DNA from: Octopus vulgaris | Lineage: Eukaryota | Direction: 5' to 3' | DNA length: 64,000 nt | Assembly: GCA_951406725.2 (NCBI GenBank) | Contig: OX597815.1 | Coordinates: 145,700,001-145,764,000 of the forward strand | Shown here: positions 40,575 through 57,028 of the stretch, piece by piece | Layout: each line of letters opens with the position of its first letter | How positions within the stretch are numbered: position 1 is the stretch's first letter | Notes under the pieces: model-generated | The model's input: the letters and a program-made list of their open reading frames with translations, nothing else | What the model was told of the DNA's origin: nothing | Databases searched by the model: none | Made by a program: the position numbers and the translations under genes

Positions 40575-40806
40575 AGTCGTCCATGCATGCCAACCTCCCC
40601 TCTTCACTCTACCGATGTTGTACAAGGGAAAGGCTGATACAGCTTGGCACCAGTGACATCGAAATTCATTTCTCCAGCTGAGTGAACTGGAGCAACGTGA
40701 AATAAAGTGTCTTGCTCAAGAACAAAACATACACCCCTGTCCAGGAATCGAACTCACTACCTCATGATTGTGAACCCGACGCACTAAACACTGAACCATG
40801 CGCCTT
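40575..40806 (-). mobile_element. SINE with family D head and a different tail
   Basis: Minus strand ggcgcatggttcagtgtttag..gagttcgattcc..ttcttgagcaagacactttatttcacgttgctccagttcactcagctg, then gtcactggtgccaagctgtatc in place of the C/D tail. Confidence 0.8.
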
Positions 40807-41112
40807 CTCGAAGCAAATAAAGTTATAAATAATGGCGAATACATATCGTGTTAAAAATTCTTTTGATAGAAAATGCCGAGGAGTGCTGGCGGAACTCGAA
40901 ACCCCATTCCCTGTAAATATGACAGGTGTTCTACCATTGGACCAAAGAAACCATCGAATTTTTTGTCCATATTAGAAGCTATTTTCTTACCAGCGAGAAT
41001 TGTATGTTAGTGACGTTATAAGAATGTTCGAGAACGTGAAATAATTAGTTTTTGGAATGGAGTATCGCGCTATATTTGCACGCTACTATTTATAACATTA
41101 TTTTCTTATTTA

Positions 41113-41210
<98 letters not shown>

Positions 41211-41539
41211 TCCAGGTGGCTAATTTACTTGAATTACCTGCTCTTGAACTAACGTGTAAGTCGTTGAGCATGCTACATACTCGCACGCGCACACACACAT
41301 GCATACACGTGCGCACGTACACACAAAAGTACACATACACGAGCACGTATTCATATATAGACACGCATCTATCTATCTATCTACCTATCTATCTATCTCT
41401 AACTACATATATATATATATAAATTTAGGCTATATAAACGACTTTACTGCTGAAAACTATATATACTCGTAGTAGCACCTAGCCACTCCTCATCTCACGT
41501 ATTATAAGGAAGGACCACGGGAAATTTTGTCGTCACTGT

Positions 41540-42100
41540 AAATCGAGCAGATAGGCGGTTGTATTACCGCCTAACACATTCAATTATAACACTTAAATTG
41601 TTTTGGAAAGGAACTGTAGCTCTTCTTGCTGATGGAATTAACAATATGCCTTTCGGAAAACACTTTCTAATTAAGGAAAGATTCTGGCTTCTTGCAGAGG
41701 CCGTAACAATGGGATTGGAATATTTGGTTGTACCAGATGTTTCTCTTTTAGTTATTCGACAGCGATTCTATGCGGAGAAGTATTTTCAGTTCTCTGTCTA
41801 GATATATTGGAGAAGTTTAGATTCCCGCAGTTCTGCTTCACCCGAAAATTGTGGTAATTATTTGAATAATCTTTCCTCCGGGTATGTATTTGATGACATT
41901 CATTAGGTTGTGTAATTTCAAATATATGTACACAGAGTCAATGGCCTCGTCAAGCATATGGTTGGACAGTTAAACGTTCAGCTGACAAACCGAACAGTTT
42001 TCACGTGTTAAGATTTCTTTTATAGTTGGTCTTAAACCGAACTTAATGAATGCTATTACAATTTATCTTTGAAAAGTGAATGGCTGTATAGCCCCTTGGC
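41540..42100 (-). mobile_element. Highly degenerate Penelope-like RT/thumb relic
   Basis: Fragmentary peptides AFIKFGLRPTI, VYIYLKLHNLMNVIKYIP, RNIWYN and LIRKCFPK, in the order expected for Hydra-type PLE proteins. Many frameshifts. Confidence 0.5.
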
Positions 42101-42668
42101 AACTTCAGAATCTTTGAGCACGTCGATCCTTTAAAAGGCTGTTTATAAAATTATGATTAGCGGTAAATTATTGATTCAAAGAAGTAATTTGATTCTCAGC
42201 AAGGTGCTTTATTTACAAGACGGCCGAAGAAAATGGCGAGAGATTTTATGGCCGTACTATACAGACGAAAAGGTGTTTGTCAAAGTATTTATTCAATTAA
42301 AGATAATGTATGTTGGTAAGTTGTGCCTTTCTTTCTCAAGTATGTCTCGTCTCAAAGGAAGAAACTTTAGTGATTACGCATGATTAATATTTATTTGTAT
42401 ATCTATGTACACATCTGTATTTCGTTGTGCCAAGATCTCTGTCTGTCTGTCTGTCTGTCTCTCTATTATTATTTCTAGTCTTCGTCTAACAGTATGGACA
42501 CTTAGTTCTACATACATTCTAAAGAATGTGATGTTTAGATTTGTAATTTTCGAAAGACAAACACATCAAAATTACTGAATACATCTAAGAAAGCCATACG
42601 AGAAAATTTGAAATTATTTGTACATAAAATCTGAAATTATTTCTCTATTTACTATCCTCAGAAATTGT

Positions 42669-42684
42669 ATTTCCTTCAATCATA

Positions 42685-42755
<71 letters not shown>

Positions 42756-42805
42756 GCAGCAGCAGCAGCAACAACAACAACAACAGCAACAGCAGCAGCA
42801 GCTAC
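42669..42805. repeat. (CAA)n/(CAG)n microsatellite
   Basis: Seen directly. Confidence 0.95.
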
Positions 42806-43761
42806 AATACTGGTTTCAAATTTTGGCACATGATCGATTAAATTGACCCCAGTACAAGAAGTACTCTACTTTATTTTATTTACCCCGATGAGGACAGAGT
42901 TTGACTCCGGCGTCAATTGAACTAAGAACGTAAATAGTCAGAAGATGAAAGCATGGTATTTTGTTCGACGCTCCAACCATTCTGCTAGCCCGCTGTGCCT
43001 ATTGTCTCTTATGCTTTGGAATGAGTAACAGCTGAGCATTGTGGTCCATGTAATCGAGTAGTCGCCTGCCACCAAAATTTATTGGCAGAAAGAATTATTA
43101 TTATTATTATTATTATTATTTAATCTGCATGTTTGTTACAGTCACTCGCCGGAAACAGCGTTTTACAGTTCATATCAAACGAATTGAACAACGCTGCAGT
43201 TAAAAAAAAACTATAAAAAAAACACAGTTCCCGTTTATATGCTTGTTGTTTAGTCTCAAGTCAGTTCTGGATCAGGAAGCATATGGCAAAAAAGCATTCC
43301 AAGAATGACCACCCAATTTATCTGTTCAAACAGGACTAAACTGAATTTGCAATTATGGTTGTCTTCTGAAGGATATGGGTGTACCTTCTCACTGATCAAA
43401 ATATTTGAAATATAATGTGATAGCGTGTGATTTGAAATAGATGCGGCTGCTGTTTATTGTAGATCAAGAGATCTCTTGTACCTTCACCCGTTGATTCGCC
43501 TTTCAGCCATTATTCTGCAACGATAAGTGGCACTCCGTTGGTTACAATGACGAGTGTTCCGCCAAAAATCGAACTTACGATCGTGAACCAAATACCCTAA
43601 CATTAAGACATGCACCTATGCAGCTCTGCTACCATACGTATATATGAGTGGTTGAGTAAACCATCTACTGGTCTGCATCATCACTTGGTCCTTGGCGCGT
43701 TTGATAGGGGCCAACCTGTTGAGACTTTGTTTTCTTATAAAATGACATATATTTTTATATT

Positions 43762-43954
43762 CTTTCATTTGTTTCAGTCATTTCACGCCTTTTGTCGAAC
43801 AAATCGACTCCAGGACTTATTCTTTGTACGCCTATTACTTATTCTGTCGGTCTCAGTCGCCGAACTGCTAAGTCACGGGGATGTAAACACACCGGCATCT
43901 GTTGTCAAGCGATAGTGGGGGGGGGAGACACAGAGACACAAACATATACATACA

Positions 43955-44011
<57 letters not shown>

Positions 44012-44174
44012 GACGGGCTTCTTTCAATTTCCGTCTACCAAATCCACTCACAAGGCTTTGGTCGCCACGAGGCTATAGCAGAATACACTTGCCCAAGGTG
44101 CCATGTAGCGGACCTGAACCCAGAATCATGTGGTTAGGAAGCAGGCTTCTTACCACGCAGCCACGCCTGCGCCT
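43762..44174 (-). mobile_element. SINE family A
   Basis: Near full-length reverse copy with internal (TA)n. Confidence 0.9.
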
Positions 44175-44814
44175 TATAATGGGAACAACTTATAAACAAT
44201 GGAATATTTAATTGGCTGATTGCCACTCTGTTCAACCAATAAACTGTTATGACCACACATATATGCACATACAGACACGCACACTTTCACACACAAATCC
44301 AAAGTCATACACACACACACACACAGAGGCAATAAGTTCAGTATTAACATACATAAATAGATAAATAACTAAAGTTATTCTGCACTGCAGTAGCCCATGC
44401 AATTTTCCTCCCCTTGAATCTAAAGGCACGGACACCCTCTAAATAATTCCACGGGTTCTGCCCTTCATTCTTGTATTCAGTCAAAACAGAGATATAGATA
44501 ACTAGACGGGTTAATGGAAAGAAATATGTCTGAGAAAATATTCATAATACAATATGTATAACTAACTATGCAATGACTGATGGCCGCAACTTTTACTTTG
44601 TGACAAGCACACAAAAACATAAACACACACATACACACACACACGCAAACACACACACACAACCACACACAACGTCTGTTACTGATACGCTCAAATATGT
44701 ACGCGTGTGAATATATACACACACGTAGTAGGAAATATATTCATTGTTCCTACACACGGAAATATAATCTTAAACATACTTAAAAACAAAGACATGTAAG
44801 TATATATGTGCATA

Positions 44815-44891
<77 letters not shown>

Positions 44892-44934
44892 TTGTGTGTG
44901 TGTGTGTGTGTTTGTGTGTTTGGTTGTGTGTATT

Positions 44935-45007
<73 letters not shown>

Positions 45008-48000
45008 TGTATATATATATATATATATATAACAAAAGACAAATTTATAGTAACAACTATGAATTAATAACGTAGACATCAATAACAACAGAGACATTCG
45101 ACCAAGGAAAGATCTACCCTACCCCTACACACCACCACACACACCACACACATCACACACATCGCATAACCACACTTGCATATCAGAGTATAAAGATTAT
45201 AATGTAATCATATCCGCACTCTTTTCATTTGTGTCTTGGTTTAATGTTATTCCTGCGAAACCTTTGTAATAACTACACACGGCAAACCTTTCCTTAATTC
45301 TGTTAATTATTAAGCTTGACCACATCCTCATTATAACGATCATTATCTCTACAGCAGCACTTTGTAGTGGAATATTTTAGTGCCTAGGTTCCTTAGTTTA
45401 AATACCAATGTCGTTCTTTGATTTTTGTGTTATCACAGAAGAGTTCACTGGAATTTGATGTTCTCTTGATTGTGACATGGACAAACTAGCACGCAGCTAT
45501 GTGCGCGTTGAAGACATAATTATTAAAAAAAAAAGATTTATCTCAATCCAAAGACATATTTTACTTCACATCAATAATGACTGAGATCAAATACTCAGAC
45601 ATACCACCCGCAGGAAATATTACAGTCAAATCTATCATCGTTGATTTAGCGGAACAATGATGAAGTTAATTTCACTTCGTAAGCAGAAACGGATTTCTGA
45701 CTGGGAATATTTCTTAGTAATTTTCCAACATTGTAGACCAGGGTTGGAAAATCGTTTCATATTTGAAGTCCACATTGAATTAGATGTATTCTAATATGGC
45801 AGCAATAAAGAAAATTATATTACAGAGCAATACAATTATGTTTTAAAAAAATACAAAATATAGAACTACTATAAATTTAAAAATAAGAATTAAAAATTGG
45901 ATCTGACCTGTAAACGACTTTTTAAAGAATTTAGAAATATTGAATGTATTTATTATCTAGAAGTGCATGAAGCAGCCTCTTAGCTAATCAATATAGACAT
46001 ATAGATGCGAACAGTTGTAATTAAGACATTTTTGGGGATTCGGACACTGAAAGACATTCGCTGCCGAAATTGTCACCGGAGAAAAGAAGCTCCTTACAAA
46101 TATTATTTTATGTAGTATTATGTACTGTTCTGTTAAGGTAAGATCAACAAAAATATATTCAATCCAGTGAGAGATAATGTTCCCAGTATAGAGATAAGAA
46201 CTACTAATAGCTTCTTGCTGTTAAGACACGTAGACGTACAGGATTTTACAGACTACCTTGTGTATCCAAGAAATCTCTGAGCTCCAGTCGTTAGACTCTA
46301 GCAAGGCTGGATCACAGCCCTGAATGACTTTGTTGATTACATACATCAACGCCAGTACTTATTTTAAACCTGAGATTTATACTATAACTACTTATGATTA
46401 ACCACTATGTTATGGGGGATGTAAACTATCCATCAACGCTTGCAAGCTTAAAGCCGCAGTTTGGAGAAATCTCTGAAATAAATAATATTCTTTGTAATCG
46501 TATGTACGAAATGTCGCAGGAAAAAAGAAAAAAACAACAACAAAAACAAACTCTTTTAGTAATTGAAATTTCTTTGTTTCTTGTCGGAAGCAAGTAAAGT
46601 CTTTGACGGCAATTGTTATCATGTCTTAAAGAGAAATGCAAAGGTAATTTCAAGACATTAGGAATAAATTTCACAAACTTATTTAGCTTTTAGGTAAAGT
46701 ATTCTTCATCGTTATTTATGAGCAAGGAGGACAGTTATGAGCATGTTTCAATCTATTAGATCGAATCAGATTATCTAACCGACGCATTCGACCAGTGGAT
46801 AGACTTTTAAAATAAATGCCGGCTACAAACGCAGGCATGGCTGTGTATCTTCTTGTTTTTGTAAATGAATTTGATAGACGGACATTGTAGGGAAGGCAAT
46901 CGTTTTAATTACTCAGTGTAAGCAGCTGGTGACCTTCATGTAGTAAAACACACACACACAAAATAAGGGAAGCACAGTCGCACGACTGAGTTGAAGGTAG
47001 ATTTACTTCTGCCTTTAGAGCACATAAAGAAAACGTTGTTGTAGAAATGTACGCAGCACATATACTACAGCAGTACTATGCATAGCTTAAATACTGAGAT
47101 TGAAAATCAGAGGTGAATTATGCCTACCTAATCTACAAAAAAAAATATATATTTTGCATTTTATGCATAGTGATCAGAGTAACTTTCATAATTTTATTGA
47201 ATTTAGTGCATAATTTGCCATATAAGGAATGTTGCTATCGATCTATTTTATTCAAGGCGTCCCTGATATATACATACACATACACACACATACGTGTTTG
47301 TGTGTATGCACGCACGCACACACACACACGCACACACACACACACACACACATATATGTATGTGTGTGTGTGTATTTTCGTTTAACGCCAAGAAGTACTG
47401 TCTCAAAGAAGATTGAATGCCTTGTCAACCGTACCAAATCGTCAGCGTCCAAACAGCAGCGCCGAATGGCCTCATTGCAATAAATCTTTATGATTATCGA
47501 AATTTTCATAGCTTACAACACTTATAAACACTTGTAAAAAATGGCCTAGCTTTATTTCAAGAGTATCTGACTTGTCTTAGACTCAAGGAAATTCAAAAGT
47601 TCCGTTAAATTCCGTGCAGAGCTGGGCACAGCAAGCGATTTACTGACTACCAGTGCATTATCATTGCTGTTGTCATTCTCGTTTAGTCCCAGGGTTATTC
47701 TTGATCATTCAGATGTATACCCAAATGTAGTCTAACCCGAACATTCGCACCAGCTAGGGTAATAAAAAAATGCATTATTCAATATGCCATCGCTTTCTTT
47801 TTTAATATGGTTATCTTAGGGTTTTATATGAACGACATTTGACTGCTATTTCCAGCTGGTCAAGTGACCGCGTAGAACTTCCTTGGTTGACTTCGCTCTC
47901 GCACTCTTTTTTCTTAGCTATATGTTCTCTCGCTGAATGCAGAGGTTGAATAATTCAACACTGTCGCTGTTATAAAAGAAGAAAAATGAATGCTAATAGA

Positions 48001-49114
48001 GATTCCATTGATCCTTAAAAGCCTTCAGATTTATAGCAGAAAGGAAATAAAATACCATGAAAGTGTTGCCTTTATGAAAAGAATTAATGGCACAGGGAGA
48101 TGTGAATTTAATTCAAAGTAAAAAAAAAAAAAAGCCCGAAAATAAAGTGAGGACTTGTATTCTGTGTTGGCAAAAATTAGTTTAAAAAATATCAAATATA
48201 GGATAAAGTTAATAACGAGTGCTGTTAGACGAGAATTCTAGATTATTTAGGCAGAAAGTTTCCCGATTCCCCGGAGAATAGTTTTGTCCAATACGTTAGT
48301 ATTCTCTTATTTTCACAACACATTAGAATTATTCGTTCAAACAAAATAACTTAACATAAAAAAAAACGAAAGTAAAATAAATGAATTTACAATGACCTCA
48401 ACGAGAATCGCCATCGATTAAAAACCGAGATTCGTCAAAAGCTACCGGTGTTTTACTGCAGTTGGTTATAAAAAAGTACCGTTACATGAGAGCTAACATA
48501 ATTAATGAAGCGATAAAAAATGTTTAATCAGTTCAAATTAGACTTGTAGCAAATAGAAAAATCAGTGAATTTAATGATAATTCTTGTCCAGATAGTCAGT
48601 GGGGACAACTATGTAATGGAAAATATAATGACTTGCAAGATAGGAATATGGAGTTTTCACTAGCAATAAAGTTAATGATTTATAAAGACAAGAAAACAGA
48701 GTGTTGCAATGGGCATGTTTTTGCTTTAACATGCATGGTGTTGGTGAAAGGAATTGCTTTTGTTGAGTGGCAGAATGGGTTCAATTTAGCTTTGACATCA
48801 TCGACACAGAGAAAGTGACAAATGAACAAATCTATAATGACCTTCCTCGACTGATCAATAGGATAGTAGGGAAGCTGTCTGTATGTTGACGGTCAATATC
48901 TGTGATACGCAGAGCTGTCGACTAATCAAATTATCCTCTGGGAACCGGGCCAGTGACGATGAATCATGGTGAAGAGGCTAGTGGAGGATAACGGTGCTAG
49001 ATATAGGCCCCTGATGATAGGATATAATATGTGAAGAGCCCGTCATATTGTCCGACATAAGTGTAAGTTGTAGTCCACACCTGAAGAGTAATATTACTGT
49101 CAATACAACAAAGC

Positions 49115-49312
49115 AGCGAGATGGCAGAATCGTTACTGCACTGAGCAAAATGTTTAGCGGCATTTCACCCGTACTTACGTCCTAAGTTCAAATTCCACCG
49201 AGGTCGACTTTGCCTTTGGTAGTGGGGTCGATAAAATAAGTACCAGTTGCGCACTGAAGATCGACTTAACTACCTCAACCACCGAAATTGCTGGCTTTGT
49301 GCAGAATTAGAA
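49115..49312 (+). mobile_element. SINE family B
   Basis: gcgagatggcagaatcgtta..aagttcaaattccaccgaggtcgactttgcc..ggggtcgataaaataagtaccagtt. Confidence 0.8.
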
Positions 49313-49896
49313 ATCAATATTGTTATCAATGTAAGGCATCTGCTTCAACAGGAAAACGTACCCTTAATCATATACCCTTCAAATTCACAAAAATTCAAAT
49401 ATTCAGTGTTTATACCAGATTTCAAAGTGTTTAATGTAACGGTTTCCAACCTATAAGTTTCCACCCAAATCGAGTCACAAAATATTCTGAAAGCGTAGCG
49501 AAATATTTGAAAAAGTTTTGCAAGGCATTTATGGATTTATGGATTTTGGTAAAAGTAGGGAAACTTGGTATATTGAATCAAATATAGATGTACCTCACTA
49601 TAAAGTATGTGTGCGTGGCCAAGACGTAGCAAAAGATCTATAACCTAAGTATGTTTCGCATTTGAAATATTTGCATTGGGGAAATAACAAATAGAAAATT
49701 TATAAACAAGCATAAACTCTGGTGGATGCACATTGCGACGGACCGGCGTCCCGTCAAGGTGGGGAACCTATACACCAAGGAATCCGGAAAACCGGCCCTT
49801 ATGAGCTGAATATTTGAATTGTTGTGAATTTGAAGAGTATGTGATTAAGGGTAAGTTTTCCTGTAGAGGTAGATGCCTTACATTGATAGTAATATA

Positions 49897-50059
49897 AGCG
49901 CAGTAGTAACTGTGTGGTAAGTATCTTGCTTACCAGCTACATGGTTCCGCGTTCAGTCCCACTGCTTGGCACCGTGGATAAATGTCTTCTACTATAGCCT
50001 AGGGCCGACAAAATCATTGTGAATGAATTTGGCAGATGAAAACTGAATGAAGCCCGTCG

Positions 50060-50091
<32 letters not shown>

Positions 50092-50462
50092 GTTAAAGTT
50101 AATCCAAACAAGAAAGCACAAAAAAACACAACAACGCGAGGATGTGGAACAAATATAGTATTATTGGACGCTCAGGAAAGAAGGGGGGGGTTTAACGTTT
50201 CGAGCGGAGCTCTTCGTCGGAAACATAGGAAAGGAAGACAGAGGAAAAAAATCGCCAACGGTACACACGAGGTCAAATTTTGAAAAGCATATATATGTAT
50301 ATGTTTCTTGTCTGTGTTTGTCCCCATAACTTAGCGGTTCGGCAAAAGAGACCGATAGAATAAGTACTAGGCTTACAAAAAATAAGTCCTGGGATCGATT
50401 TGTTCGACTAAAGCCGGTGCTCTAGCATGGCCGCAGTCAAATGACTGAAACGAATAAAAGAA
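49897..50462 (+). mobile_element. SINE family A carrying a nested hammerhead element in its (TA)n
   Basis: Head at 49897-50060, tail at 50305-50462, insert at 50095-50285. Confidence 0.85.
50190..50224 (-). ncRNA. Minimal hammerhead-like motif, CCGACGA core variant
   Basis: gttt CCGACGA a gagc tcc gctc GAAAC GTT aaac. Confidence 0.62.
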
Positions 50463-50602
50463 AAAAAAGACTGTCATAGGAAACGCTTACAAGGCATGTG
50501 TCACAAGACAACATTTAGTGTAAACAAAATCTGAGAAGTATTTCTCAGAGGAAAGAATTAATTGTTAAGTGGATCTCAGTATTAGAATAAAACGATCACA
50601 CT

Positions 50603-50905
50603 AGCTCTCCGTCGGTTACGACAACAAGGGATCCAGTTGACCCGATCAATGAAACAACCTGCTTCTGAAATTCACGTGCAAGTGGTTAAGCACTGCACAA
50701 ACACGCGTAAAATTAAGGTAGTTCTCGCAGAGGTTCAGTGTGACACAGAATGTAACAAGGTCGACCTTTCGAAAATAGATGCTATTTATTTTTGTTAGCC
50801 TGGTGGACTGTAACAACGAGAAATAAAGTGTCTAGCTGAAGGACACAATGAACTCATGACCGTACGATTGTGAGCCGACCGCCCTAACCACTAAGCCACG
50901 CGCCT
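50603..50905 (-). mobile_element. SINE family D
   Basis: Reverse copy of 22848-23170 (ggcgcgtggcttagtggttaggg...). Confidence 0.82.
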
Positions 50906-51107
50906 TTTACAAAAAAAACAAAAAAAAAATATTTAAAAGAGGGTCACTGAGTTAGTAAAAGTTGAAGACCCACTTGCTCGAAGTATCACATATATAGACA
51001 CAACTGAATTATAAAACGTGTGTACAGATAGTAATCGTAAGTTTAATAGAAAAATAATGCAAACAAGTGTTATTATAAGCAAAAGAGACATAATAAGTTT
51101 GATTTAC

Positions 51108-51297
51108 CTAGAAAGGCAGTTGGTGAGACAGCTCCTTCTCGAATGGCCACAATAATGGTGATGCCTGTTTCCAAAAATGGTACGGTGAAGTCGACGGCTT
51201 TGCTACGTTCTGGAGTAATTTTCATTGAAGTCATGATAAAATCTGCTTTATCGTCCAGTATGGATCGCACCAAACCGTTCCATTCTCCGTTAGTTTG
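51108..51297 (-). CDS. Nmdar2: NMDA receptor GluN2-type subunit, coding exon (S1 to pre-M1)
   Basis: tctgtAG|CAA ACT...TTT CTA G|GTaaat. 190 nt, translating QTNGEWNGLVRSILDDKADFIMTSMKITPERSKAVDFTVPFLETGITIIVAIREGAVSPTAFL. WNG, ER..VDF..PF.ETGI and SPTAFL are GluN2 hallmarks. Confidence 0.96.
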
Positions 51298-51514
51298 CTA
51301 CAGATATAAATAAAAATCATTTATTATACGAATAATATCAATACTGCCCTAAAAATAATCAACGCTATATGGAGAGTAAAAGCCGTTAATATTATATTAA
51401 ACATTGGAAGTATAGCAGAGCTTCCTGAAATACGTTACGTTTGCGGGACAAGATCCAATGTCCAATATTATTGGAGAGGAAGTGTAATGATTATAATTCT
51501 TGTATTTTTTTTCT

Positions 51515-51980
51515 TGTATATGATATGAAAATCTAATCTTTCGCGCAAAACTAAAATAGACTTGTTCAGAGCTGCAGTTAGAACAGTTTTATTTTATGGT
51601 TCAATAACATGGACACATGCAGTTCCCATGAAGAAATCTCTACATGGCACGTACGCGAGAATGCATCGAGCTGTTCTAAATATCTCGTTGCATCACCACT
51701 TGAATAATAAAGTTATAGCAAGTCATTCCATATATCACAGAGACAATACGAAAGTACAGGCTGAGATTTATTGGTCACTGCTGACATAACAAGGAGATAG
51801 AAACTGGAGATCTCTGGCGTTCTTTTCATGATAAACGGGGAAGGGTAGAACAGCAAAAAACATCAATCAGTTGCTAGAAGACACTCGAATTCATTATCGA
51901 AGAGCTTAAAACGTCATCGATGACACACAGAAATGGAAAATACGAATCAGGAATGCTGAGAAACAGTCGATCCACTAACA
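51515..51980 (+). mobile_element. RTE-X-type LINE 3' relic
   Basis: I*KSNLSRKTKIDLFRAAVRTVLFYGSITWT..SLHGTYARMHRAVLNIS..RLRFIGHC, matching the RTE-clade post-RT motifs. Confidence 0.8.
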
Positions 51981-52959
51981 CGTTATCTTGCAGAAATCAG
52001 TCTTAATGGAAGGTTTCCTGTATACTCCTGTGACCGCCCATATCGAGCGGAACTTCGTTGAAAGGCATTCCATATGTGAGAATCCCTTATTTCGTTTCAG
52101 ATATAGTATAAGCTGGAATACATTATCCAAAATGCGATTTATTATTGAAAGAATAAGGGAGGTTTCACATCTGCTTCTAACAGGATGAGTTATGGCGTAG
52201 AGGCTTTTGTCGTGCTTTCGTTGATAATTTACTTAAAATAGACGTACGAGTCAATGAGAGATTTGTTATTTAAAATAAACAACACAACTAGAAAGAAGGG
52301 TAGGCGAGTGAAATTAAAGCCTCATTATCAAGAGTTCTATCCATGACCTTCCCAATTTTTAGTCAAGCATATTGTATTTAGGACTGAATTATCTTATAAT
52401 TCCAATCTCTCAAAGTCATGGACACAACTTCTTCCAGACTAAATAATTCAGATATACGATAACAACAGACTGGTGTAAGGAGATTTAGCTGCTATTTTTT
52501 GAAAGTCGATGGAATTGTTGGAAGCTCCTTCTTTAGATCGCCATTTATATAATCATTCTTCTACGATAACGTCAATAATCATAACAGAAGTAAACTATCT
52601 TAACCAGGAGTGATAGCTACGTCGATCGTTGGGAGTTTAGGTTTACTAAACAGTCAACGAGAGAATATTTACGCGAATATCTAAAATATATTTGAGTTTC
52701 AATGTGTATCTTCTCCACCATAATCCGGGATATTGATGCTGCGTTATCAATAATATAGCTGGTGATTTTATAATCTATTTAAATTCTTACAAATACTCAC
52801 AAAACGTTCTTATAATTATATTGTGGCAATAAAGTTTAGAGAAATTGTGGATACATCTAAAGTGTAAAGGGGTTAGGCAATATAGCTTTCTCTTGTAAAT
52901 GCATTAGCTTAACATACACGCGCACACACAGAACCAAACATACTCCCGCACACATACAT

Positions 52960-53027
<68 letters not shown>

Positions 53028-53058
53028 CCAAACATATTCCCGCGCGCTCACACACACG

Positions 53059-53112
<54 letters not shown>

Positions 53113-53157
53113 GATATATATTCATGTATATATATATATATTTATACACATACATAC

Positions 53158-53208
<51 letters not shown>

Positions 53209-53213
53209 CATAC

Positions 53214-53250
<37 letters not shown>

Positions 53251-53675
53251 CATACATACATACATACATACATACATACATACATACATACGTGTACATA
53301 GATATATTTATGCCTTGATAGATATACACACACGTTTATATATTTACTTGGTATCTTTCCAACTATTCGATGATGATTCCTACATAATAAAGTTGCTAAC
53401 GCGTTTGCTAACATGATTGCTAACATAACATCGTATAGAGAAACTATAAAAGAGAAAATGAAAAAAAATAAAACTCTTAAAATTAATGTGCGAATATACT
53501 AACTCTTCAAAAGTTAGTTTTGATGTACTGCCGGTATTGAATTAAGTTTAGTTTTATGCAGTCTTACATAAGACATGATAAGTCCAAAAGGCACGACTTC
53601 TAGCTCCAAGCTTCTGACCTCATTATGGAAATTCTAAAGTTCTCCATTGCAACAACCAGTACCTAATTTCAAAAA

Positions 53676-55148
<1,473 letters not shown>

Positions 55149-55153
55149 ACATA

Positions 55154-55663
55154 TACGAGGGTGAGTAAAAAAAGTAATGCCATTTCGTTTAGGACAGGTA
55201 TAATTACCAACACAGGAACATGTATCATATATCAAAATGACGCTGGACCTCTGTGGATCACATCCCTACTTCTCAACATAGTCACCGTTTCTCTCAATAG
55301 CAGTGTTCCACCTTCGAATGAGAGCATGTATCCCTGCCCCGTAAAATTCTGTTGACTGTTCTTTGAGCCACTTCCTCAATACAATTTTCACTTCCTCGTC
55401 ACTGGAATAATGTTTGCCTCTCAAACCCTCATTCGTGGCTCCGAAGAGATGATAGTCTGAAGGCGTTAAATCTGGTGAGTGTGGAGGTAGTGAAGAAACG
55501 GCTCAAAGAACAGTCAACAGAATTTTACGGGGCAGCGATACACTCTCTCATTCCAAGGTGGAACATTGCTATTGAGAGAGACGGTGACTATGTTGAGAAG
55601 TAGGGATGGGGTAATTATATCTGTCCTAAACAAAATGGCGTTACTTTTTGACTCACCCTTGTA
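55154..55663. mobile_element. mariner-derived MITE built from two inverted transposase 3' ends
   Basis: ~55-bp TIRs tacgagggtgagtaaaaaaagtaatgccatt / aatggcgttactttttgactcacccttgta in TA context. LKEQSTEFYGA..RWN.AIER.GDYVEK* is encoded on + (55490-55603) and on - (55266-55375). Confidence 0.9.
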
Positions 55664-56111
55664 TATAGCTTTGGAGACTATGATGATACATTGATATAGG
55701 AGGAACTTTGGGAAATGGCCTGTGACTAATGATTTTTCCAGAGATAACCTAGAAGTGATGTAATATGTTGCCGGTATTCCTTTGGCATTGTGCGTGAATG
55801 TGTGCGGAGTGCGTTCGCATGTGTGTATGTATGGTTGTTTGTATGTATGGTTGTGTGTATATGTGGTTGTATGTATGAATGGTTGTATTTATACCTTCAT
55901 TATTTGTCTTTTGATTGGCATTATTCCAAAGAAGCAAGGTGCTAGTTTCTTACAAACAAATAAAAAGTATTCCATGAGCAGAACTAGAATTTGGATAACA
56001 ACAGCCATTATTGAACTTTAGAAGCGTCTTGCAAGCTTTTAGAAGACTTTTACATGGTTTCTTACTTCCAGATTGTATTTTTAATGTGTGTGTGTATTTA
56101 CACTTTTTTTA

Positions 56112-56375
56112 TTTTACTTGTTTCAGTCATTAGACGGCGACCATGCTGGGGCACTGGCTTGAAGAATTTTAGTCGAATGCAATGACCCCAGTACAAATTT
56201 TTTGTTAAGCCTGGTTCTTATTCTATCACTGTCTTTTGCCGAACTGTTAAGTTGCGGGGACGTAACACACCGCACCAGATGTAAAGCAGTGGCGAGGGAC
56301 ATACACAGGTATAAAGACGCACAAACACAAACACACAAACACACACACACAACAGACAGACACACAGACACACAG

Positions 56376-56406
<31 letters not shown>

Positions 56407-56410
56407 GACG
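56112..56410 (-). mobile_element. SINE family A, 3' half
   Basis: Tail blocks only. Confidence 0.78.
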
Positions 56411-56725
56411 TAGTTCTAAGCAAGATGTTTGGATCACATTTACTACTACATATATCATAATGCTTACCTTATGACATGGGTATTTGTGTATATATGCGTG
56501 TATATATTTAGGGAGGGCAAATCAGTAAATATCTGAATGTAGAAAGAATAATAGGTGGAGTGAGTACCCAGCTGTCATACTCTTTATTTCGGATATGTTT
56601 CTTTTTCAAACCATCAAGCAATAAGCAGTGACTAATTCATTGTTTGAAGACTGACAGATAGTGACTCGCAGAAGAGGTGACTGACGATTAGGCTCTGTGA
56701 ATATGATTCTCTCTCTCTCTCTCTC

Positions 56726-56876
56726 GCTGACTGTGTGGTGAGAAGCTTACTACCCAATCAAATGGTTCCGGGTTCAATCCACTGCGTGGTACCTTGGGCA
56801 AGTGTCTTCTACTACAGCCTCAGGCCGACCAAAGCCTTGTGAGTGGATTTAGTAGCTGGACACTGAAAGAAGCTCG

Positions 56877-56954
<78 letters not shown>

Positions 56955-56976
56955 ATATATATACATATATATATAC

Positions 56977-57028
<52 letters not shown>

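Noticed and set aside
45735-45830. Possible hAT terminus (cagggttggaaaa)
   Set aside because: No matching opposite TIR or TSD found.
51073-51273. ORF-track entry as a stand-alone 66-aa protein
   Set aside because: It is an internal exon. Homology extends upstream of the called start to the acceptor at 51297, and the GKSNLLCLFCL tail is intron read-through.
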